Positions 30,553-36,848 of a DNA stretch of 36,848 bases are shown here, piece after piece (the first letter of the stretch is position 1; every line of letters starts with the position of its first letter). This DNA comes from Thermodesulfobacteriota bacterium (GTDB lineage: Bacteria; Desulfobacterota; Desulfobulbia; Desulfobulbales; SURF-16), in NCBI GenBank assembly GCA_040755455.1, contig JBFMAY010000042.1:1-36848 (forward strand). The letters are read 5' to 3'. The position numbers and the translations under genes were made by a program. Under the pieces are notes generated by a model that ran no database searches, was not told where the DNA came from, and saw only the letters and a list, made by a program, of their open reading frames with translations.

Positions 30553-30818
30553 TTAACCTCCTGTAATAGCTTCATTTTTCTTTGCCATCTCCGGGACGGC
30601 ATTTTTTTGCCGCGGAGGCAATGCCATTTTGTGACAGAGAAACAATAGGATGGTTATAATTTATTAAAGAAAAATCTTGATTTTCCGATTTCTGTTTTAT
30701 ATGGTGAAATAAATGGGTTAAGCAGTTAGAGTACATTGGTTCCTTGTATTAACACTGGTTAATAAAAAAAATCATTATAGCTTAAAACCGTAAAAAATTA
30801 TCCCATACAGAAAAAATT

Positions 30819-31943
30819 ATGTCACCGATACCTCGTTTTCGCAAAAATACCAGCCGTTGCCGGGTTCTTTTTTTCGGCCTTCTTTTTCTGTTTGTTGGGG
30901 CATCGTTCCCGGTTTTTGCCAAGAATACAGCGAGTTACAACATTATTTCCACCTCGCACAAGACGCTCCCGGCCAAGGAGGCGCAGCGCACCCCTGTCGC
31001 CGGTGACCCCAACGTCGCCGCCCCCTCCAGCGCGATAAAGAGTAAAGCCTGCGACGGCGCTCAGCAGGTGGCATCCTCCACGGAGCTGCGCAAGAAACTT
31101 TCCTCCAAAAGCGCCATTGTCATGGATGCGCGCACCGGCCAGATCCTCTACGCCCATGAGCCGGACCGTCCCGGCCAGCCGGCCAGCACCATCAAGATCA
31201 TCACCGGGCTCATCGCCATCCATTCACTGCGGGATACGGACATGGTAAAACCCAGCAGTCGGGCGGCCAGCATGCCCCGGTCCAAGATTTACATCAGCCC
31301 CAAGAAATCCTATGCCGCGGACGACCTGATTAATGCGGTCCTGCTGGCCTCGGCCAACGATGCCAGCGTCGCCCTGGCGGAAAGGGTGGCCGGCTCTGAG
31401 CCGAGCTTCGCCAAACTGATGACCAGCAAGGCCCGGTCCCTGGGGGCAACCAATACCCTGTGCAAAACCGCCACCGGTCTGACCGCCCCCGGGCAGCAGT
31501 CCACGGTGCGCGATCTGGCCACGGTTTTTGACAAGGCCATGCAGGATAGGGAATTTGCCGAGCGCATTGGCAGAACAAAGGTCGGCACCCGTTATGGCCA
31601 GGTGCTGCACAGTCACAACAAGGCCCTGTGGCGGGTTGACGGCGCCGTGGGCGGAAAAACCGGCTATACCCTGGCTGCGCGGCAGACCTATGTGGGCAAG
31701 TTCAGCAGGGACAACACCGAGCTGATCGTGGCCCTCATGGGCAGTGAAACCATGTGGACCGATGTCAGCCGCCTTGTCGAGTACGGGTTTAAACGGGAGC
31801 AGCAGCTGGCCGCCATGAACGGTGCGCAGCCTGCCGCGGCCGATGATGCCGCCGGCCCCCTCGCCCTGTCCGCGACCCCGACATCCTTCCGGAATAATTC
31901 CCTTCAGGTTCTGAACGGAACCAAAAAGCAGCCCGCGTTGTAA
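30819..31943 (+). CDS. D-alanyl-D-alanine carboxypeptidase/endopeptidase (peptidase S11)
   Basis: Signal peptide; PASTIK (SxxK), SAN, GKTGYT motifs. Confidence 0.92.
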   Translation: MSPIPRFRKNTSRCRVLFFGLLFLFVGASFPVFAKNTASYNIISTSHKTLPAKEAQRTPVAGDPNVAAPSSAIKSKACDGAQQVASSTELRKKLSSKSAIVMDARTGQILYAHEPDRPGQPASTIKIITGLIAIHSLRDTDMVKPSSRAASMPRSKIYISPKKSYAADDLINAVLLASANDASVALAERVAGSEPSFAKLMTSKARSLGATNTLCKTATGLTAPGQQSTVRDLATVFDKAMQDREFAERIGRTKVGTRYGQVLHSHNKALWRVDGAVGGKTGYTLAARQTYVGKFSRDNTELIVALMGSETMWTDVSRLVEYGFKREQQLAAMNGAQPAAADDAAGPLALSATPTSFRNNSLQVLNGTKKQPAL

Positions 31944-31953
31944 GCGATCATCA

Positions 31954-32673
31954 GTGACCCTGGACCGTGACCATCTTTCCGCAGTGCAGCTGGCCAAGCA
32001 GGCGCTGCGGGAAGAAATGGCCCTGCGTCCGGCTGCCGGGCCCGGTAACGGCCTGAGCGGCAGGTCGGCCGAACTGTTGCGCCGGGAAGCAGCCTATCGC
32101 GCAGCCCGCCAGATCTTTGTCTCCCCGGTACCGGTCCTGCAGCAGGTGCGGATCAATTGCCTGCTGGACGGCAAGGACCTCATTGTCTCCGGCCCGGGCC
32201 TCAAGGAGGGATTTTATCTCCTCAAGCCCTATGCCGTGCCGTTTCAGCAACTGCCCCATAGCGTGTCCATGAAAGGTTTGGCCAAGGCCGGGCAGCGGCT
32301 GACCCGGCCGGAGGTGGAAGGCCTGGCGGTTTCGCTGCTGGTCACCGACGCCGTGGCGGTTGACCTGCAGGGCAACCGGCTGGGCGACGGTCTTGGTTTT
32401 TTCGATCTCAGTTTTGCCATCCTGACGGCCTTGGGGGCCATGAGCCGCGACGCCCTGGTTGCCGCGTTCGTCAATGAATGGCAGATCATGGCCAAACCCC
32501 TGCCCTCCGCCAGCTGGGATGTGCCGGCTGATATCATTGTCACGGAACAGCAGCTTTACCGCACGGAACATGTTGCCGCCTCGCCCCGCCCCATCTTCTG
32601 GGAGCATCTGCCTGACCGGAAAATCCGCAAGATCACCCCGCTCTGGTGGCTCAGCGGGGGGAAAAAGCTCTAA
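31954..32673 (+). CDS. 5-formyltetrahydrofolate cyclo-ligase family, MTHFSD-like
   Basis: AVDLQGNRLGDGLGFFD, WDVPADIIVTE and a C-terminal IFWEHL...I.PL tail. GTG start, exact position uncertain. Confidence 0.75.
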   Translation: MTLDRDHLSAVQLAKQALREEMALRPAAGPGNGLSGRSAELLRREAAYRAARQIFVSPVPVLQQVRINCLLDGKDLIVSGPGLKEGFYLLKPYAVPFQQLPHSVSMKGLAKAGQRLTRPEVEGLAVSLLVTDAVAVDLQGNRLGDGLGFFDLSFAILTALGAMSRDALVAAFVNEWQIMAKPLPSASWDVPADIIVTEQQLYRTEHVAASPRPIFWEHLPDRKIRKITPLWWLSGGKKL

Positions 32674-33415
32674 AACCGGTGAGCGCTTCTATCGTCTGCA
32701 TTTGAAGTTCAAACTCGATCTGACAATTTTAGCACCAAATTTAACTGAATTTGACGTATCTCAGGATAATCTCAACCTCTCGTAGCACACTTCTTTTTAA
32801 GATTGCCAATATTAACAGTTAATATGTGCGACAATTTGCCATATTTTCAACTTCACAATCTTTTTGTAAAGATTGTCTGGATAGGTAGAAATACCAAATC
32901 AGTTTCAGCTACCAGTCAAATCATAAAGTTCTTCTTAACGCTCGCTGGGGTAACTGAGGAGCGGTTGGCCTCTCTTTTTAAGTGAAAAATCATTTCATAT
33001 TAGTGCGAATGGCATGATGCGCCTACTTCCTTTGTTTTTCGGATTGTTTTTTTTCAGCTTTTCAACAAAGGCAGCAAGGCTTTCTTTGCCTCTTGCAGGA
33101 ATAGTATTTATGGAAGAAATCAAGATATTATCGCAGCCATTTCACATAATATTGATGCATGAAAGGCCGTACACTTCAATCGCCAATGAACGCTCGTATA
33201 CTGACTGATAAGATGAGCAGGAATTTAGATCATGGAAGATTATCAAGTTTCCTGTTATCCCGTCAAAAATGAATGATATTAGGTTAGAAATTAACTTACA
33301 TGCCTGAATTTACGTTGTCTACTTTTAGACTTTGCGTAGCTATCAAGAAAACTTGATAATAACTTTGGAAGAGAGAATTCAGCTTACAGAGAGAGTTTAC
33401 AGGTGAGGATGAGTC

Positions 33416-36313
33416 ATGGAAGAAAAAACTGTAATAAATAAAATATGGCTAAATGAAAAATATAAAACACTGCATAAATGTTTTATGTCTGAAAAGGGAT
33501 GCACCTTTGAACGTGATATTAGTTCTCGTATAAAGAAGAAAAGAAGCATGAATCATGATCGCCTCAGAAAAGATCCTAACGCCGTTATCCTCAAAGCCTT
33601 CGTTATAATGCCTTTTTCTCCTTTTATGGATCAGATTTTCCAATTTCAAATCCGTCCATTTTTGTCAAATATCACTCCAAAGTTTGCAGTTTCGCGTGCA
33701 GATACAATTATGCGTACCGGATATGTAATGTGTGAGAAAATATGCAAACAAATCCAAGAATCTGACCTTATAGTCGCAGAAATTACGCAAAAGAATGTTA
33801 ACGTTTTATACGAAATTGGAATGAGTGCGGGCTTAGGGAAAAAAATCCTTTTGCTTGCCCAAAAGTCCGCTGATGGATTGATTAGCAGTGACTCAAAAAA
33901 ATTACTAGACCGATTAGAGATTCAGGAATCAGAATACTCTGCCCAGTACTTAAGCTATATACCTTTTACATATCTCCAAAGTACCGGAGATGACCTTGAA
34001 AAAGCTATTTGGAAGACAGACAAGTTAGGCCATTCTATTAAAAGGGAAAATCATCCAAAAATTGGCGTCATCACAGGATGCCGAACTGTGTATGGCAGAA
34101 AAGAAACCTCAATAGTCTTTAGATCTGAAGAACGGATGCAAGGAAAGAACGGGGGAAGAATAACAAAAGATATCTATATAGCTCCTTCAAAAGAAAAAGA
34201 TAATGCTTTGCTGGCTTCCACTGCATTAGATGCTCTTGATCAAAACCAAAATTATGAATTAGCCCATATTCTTGAATGTGTATTGGGTAGTGTAACTCGT
34301 GATATTGTCCTTAATAGATTAGAAGCGGGAACGCAAAAAGATCTCGAAGAATACCTCGAGAATTCCGCTGATGGAGAAGATCGGCAGGCAAAACAAGAAA
34401 GAAGAAAAGGTGAGGCTGATTTTAGCACAGAAAAATTCAATAAACGTAATGGGATACTTAGAGAACTTGACGCCTATATTAGACAGTACCAAGGCAAACA
34501 CAATGTAAGTGATGAAAACCTCCAGAGGAATGAGAATGTAAGAAAACAGAGAGAACATCCCAACCCTTATTTCCCCTGGCAAACTATACAGTCTAAAAGA
34601 AGCGATTTGGTCAGCTTTTTTGAACTTATCAATTTTATAGAACAATGTGAGTGCCTTGTAATTGACACCACCCCTGACGCTGAACCTATCAACTTTTTTT
34701 GGCTTGGATATGCGCATGCAAAAGGTAAACATGTTATTCCTGTAAACGTTTACAGTCAAAAAGAAGAGAACACTGGCCTTACTAATAGCACCCCTTTCGA
34801 TGTGAGAGGTTTGTGGCTTGTCTATTTTGATGTTGACAGACCTGACACATTAAGGACCCAATTTGAAGGCATTCTAGATAAGATAATAAAAGACGCTGTT
34901 GACAAAAAAGCTCGACGAAAATTTTGGGAACCATTTCTTTCGGATATCGAACTTCGAATCGTTGTCGGGGCAAACTTGAAACGTGAGCCAGCAAGATATA
35001 TGGTCGGAGAATGGGATTATTTAACTCTTGCAGAGCTGGTTAGCTTTTTGTCTCAAGAAAAGCCTACATTGAATATCCAAATCGAAAGTCCAGTCTATCA
35101 TCCCAACCGTAAAATTGAAAATACCGACAATGATACCTACAATAATTATCTCAAATCTCTAATTGAAGGAAGAAATTGCATACTTATTGCATCTCCAGAT
35201 GTTAATGTTGCGACAGAAATGGTTTTTTCAAAAGCAAAAAATGTTTCACCTTTTCAAGAACAAATAGCAGATGAAGAAGGAGCGTTTTGCGGATACGTTG
35301 CATTTAAAAATGAAAGAGGAAACACACGAGGTTTTATTTATTTTAAGCACGGAAGTTCACACTTTTTCGAGTCAGATTATAATTTTCAAGGGTATCATGC
35401 CAGCATACTAAATGAGAATGAAAACAAATCAAATTCATCTGAAGATGAAAGGGATATGACAGAACATACTTTTTATATTTCAAATAAAGAATTACTTGAT
35501 AGATTAAGAAATAACAATAGCGATTGTAACAACGTACAACATGTCAAGACTTCAGGTGAATATCTTGAAAATTCTTCATCAATTGAAGGTTTGTATGGGC
35601 ATATGGCTCTTTTTAATAACCCTTATAGCCCAGAGAAGAAAATTCTTGTTTTATCAGGCATTAGTGGACCTGCCACGATGGCAATGGCTCAAATTTTAAC
35701 TGGGGTAATGAACGAAGATGTTACCCTCAATGATTTACTTAAAGAAAAAAGCACAACTGAAGCAGGGAACAAAATGCTAGGAAAAATGGAAGATAGCATC
35801 AAGCATTTCCATCATAAATTCATGGAGGATGTGCGGGATGAAGAAATAAAGGGAGATTATAATGATGAAAAGAAAGATGGTCGCCTCAGCTACTCAAAAC
35901 TTTCTAGAACAAAAGATGGTCGTCTTGACTATTCAGAACTTTCTGAAAAAATGGTTATAAAGTTAAACGAAGCATTTGACAGTAACAACCAGCAAGTCGA
36001 GGCACTGTTCTATGTCCTGATCGGCAATACGGCCGAAAATTCTCTCAATCCGCATAATCATATATCATGGAAAGACACTCGTCGAATTCTTTATTGGGGC
36101 TTCGCAAACGTTAAAGAAACACTTCCTTGGGCGAAAAATCCATCTCCGTTTATTGATAAAATACAAGATATCAAAAAGACAAATCACTATTGGAGAGATT
36201 CAACGGTACACAAAACAAAATCTTCAGCTAAAGATGAATCTAATTTGCAAAAACAGGAGCAGTCGCAAGAATTGGAAACGGATCCTATTATAGAAACAGA
36301 CACAAACAAATAA
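33416..36313 (+). CDS. 965-aa multidomain protein: tandem NDT/TIR-like domains plus an unassigned C-terminal alpha/beta domain
   Basis: AFVIMPF...RAD...I...IQESDLIVAEIT..NVNVLYEIG...GLGKKILLL; second copy FIEQCECLVIDTT...NFFWLGYAHAKGKHVIPV...PFDVRG; GAGG RBS. Confidence 0.8.
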   Translation: MEEKTVINKIWLNEKYKTLHKCFMSEKGCTFERDISSRIKKKRSMNHDRLRKDPNAVILKAFVIMPFSPFMDQIFQFQIRPFLSNITPKFAVSRADTIMRTGYVMCEKICKQIQESDLIVAEITQKNVNVLYEIGMSAGLGKKILLLAQKSADGLISSDSKKLLDRLEIQESEYSAQYLSYIPFTYLQSTGDDLEKAIWKTDKLGHSIKRENHPKIGVITGCRTVYGRKETSIVFRSEERMQGKNGGRITKDIYIAPSKEKDNALLASTALDALDQNQNYELAHILECVLGSVTRDIVLNRLEAGTQKDLEEYLENSADGEDRQAKQERRKGEADFSTEKFNKRNGILRELDAYIRQYQGKHNVSDENLQRNENVRKQREHPNPYFPWQTIQSKRSDLVSFFELINFIEQCECLVIDTTPDAEPINFFWLGYAHAKGKHVIPVNVYSQKEENTGLTNSTPFDVRGLWLVYFDVDRPDTLRTQFEGILDKIIKDAVDKKARRKFWEPFLSDIELRIVVGANLKREPARYMVGEWDYLTLAELVSFLSQEKPTLNIQIESPVYHPNRKIENTDNDTYNNYLKSLIEGRNCILIASPDVNVATEMVFSKAKNVSPFQEQIADEEGAFCGYVAFKNERGNTRGFIYFKHGSSHFFESDYNFQGYHASILNENENKSNSSEDERDMTEHTFYISNKELLDRLRNNNSDCNNVQHVKTSGEYLENSSSIEGLYGHMALFNNPYSPEKKILVLSGISGPATMAMAQILTGVMNEDVTLNDLLKEKSTTEAGNKMLGKMEDSIKHFHHKFMEDVRDEEIKGDYNDEKKDGRLSYSKLSRTKDGRLDYSELSEKMVIKLNEAFDSNNQQVEALFYVLIGNTAENSLNPHNHISWKDTRRILYWGFANVKETLPWAKNPSPFIDKIQDIKKTNHYWRDSTVHKTKSSAKDESNLQKQEQSQELETDPIIETDTNK
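35873..35950 (+). repeat. In-frame 39-bp tandem duplication
   Basis: AAAGATGGTCGCCTCAGCTACTCAAAACTTTCTAGAACA / AAAGATGGTCGTCTTGACTATTCAGAACTTTCTGAAAAA = KDGRLSYSKLSRT / KDGRLDYSELSEK. Confidence 0.8.
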
Positions 36314-36515
36314 TATCAAATAATACACCTAGTAAGTAGCTTGAGCTAGTTGAATATGATCGAGTTCATGAAATAAGCGTTTCTTTGTTTAATAAAGGAT
36401 ATTCCAACCAAAACATTCTACGGACATGCCGCAGATGTTCACGTTCAACCCTTGAGATTGCCACATCTAACATCTTAAAAAGTCAAACTGGCCTCCGGAA
36501 GAGGTGTCTACTATT

Positions 36516-36737
36516 ATGCGCGCTAAAGGAAAAATTACGTCGTGGAACGACGAGAAGGGCTTTGGATTTATCACCCCTGACGGCGGCGGAAAACAGATCT
36601 TTGTTCATATCAAAGCGTTAAGCAGCCGAAACCGGCGGCCAGACATTCATGAGATGGTAACCTACGTTTTGTCAACCGGCAAAGAGGGCCGGCCATGCGC
36701 CGCAGAGGTCTTATTGGCTGGTGTTAATGGCAATTAA
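36516..36737 (+). pseudogene. Cold-shock-domain gene, 3' end replaced by IS sequence
   Basis: MRAKGKITSWNDEKGFGFITPDGGGKQIFVHIKA (RNP1/RNP2) with GAGGTG RBS; the last codons and the TAA stop lie inside the IS end that starts at 36722. Confidence 0.75.
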
Positions 36738-36848
36738 AAAGTGTACCAGTTTCGGTAAAATAAAAGTGTACCACTCGAAGGAAATATGAGGGGTTAACGC
36801 CTCGGTTTTCTAGTTCTCGAGTCAGTTGATTAGTTGTTCGTTTTTCTG
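36722..36848. mobile_element. Terminus of an IS21-family insertion sequence (runs off the window)
   Basis: Begins TGTTAATGGCAATT and carries two direct copies of AAAAGTGTACCA (36737-36748, 36762-36773; 25-nt period), the TG end plus multiple terminal repeats typical of IS21. No transposase visible in the window. Confidence 0.75.

Larger units (their letters stand above)
32680..36500. other. AT-rich, probably horizontally acquired island
   Basis: Abrupt compositional switch right after the stop at 32673 (by eye roughly mid-30s % GC versus high-50s % in the rest; not computed); A/T-ending codons dominate the 965-aa gene. Boundaries approximate. Confidence 0.75.

Noticed and set aside
32803..33208. 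Short ORFs in the AT-rich leader (60 and 64 aa on +, a ~48-codon open stretch on -)
   Set aside because: No convincing RBS or motifs; the minus-strand stretch has a stop immediately upstream. A decayed gene remnant cannot be excluded.
33239..33360. Retron msr-msd (12-bp flanking inverted repeat next to an NDT-like gene)
   Set aside because: No reverse transcriptase (YxDD, VTG) in the window, no long msd stem and no clear branching G; kept only as a generic structured-leader observation.
36320..36515. Integron attC site before the cold-shock gene (ATCTAAC fits RYYYAAC)
   Set aside because: No matching GTTRRRY box or imperfect palindrome at a suitable distance, and no integrase in the window.
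36737..36773. CRISPR-like direct repeats
   Set aside because: Only two 12-bp copies 25 nt apart; better explained as IS21 terminal repeats. No CRISPR array, tRNA or rRNA gene was recognised anywhere in the window.

Overview
Mostly GC-rich core chromosome, probably from a Desulfobacterota (Desulfobulbales-like) bacterium; the lineage is inferred from gene content and order. In order: a minus-strand run rpoZ-dnaJ-moaC-dksA-galT-receiver-folE2-like-glyS (glyS runs off the window edge and is missing from the ORF track); a five-gene envelope cluster with two FlgO-like proteins behind a candidate sigma54 promoter; purA; tatBC; a radical SAM enzyme; an unannotated 40-aa His-rich single-TM protein with its own RBS and terminator; a TadA-like deaminase; a short dGTPase-like HD protein; an atypical SDR; a peptidoglycan module (MltD-like LysM transglycosylase divergent from a PBP1A with a ~240-aa insertion and a TPR lipoprotein); a chemosensory operon (dual-Hpt cheA, cheW, cheR, cheD, HDOD, cheB; no cheY or MCP); ogt; a D-Ala-D-Ala carboxypeptidase; and an MTHFSD-like protein. 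From ~32.7 kb the DNA turns abruptly AT-rich. This island holds a long palindrome-rich leader and a 965-aa protein with two tandem nucleoside-2-deoxyribosyltransferase (NDT)/TIR-like domains (one intact, one lacking the catalytic Glu) plus an unassigned C-terminal alpha/beta domain. It is the best candidate here for an undescribed defence or nucleotide-signalling system. It is followed by a cold-shock-domain gene cut by the end of an IS21-family element. All family calls come from motif recognition by eye; no database searches were run.
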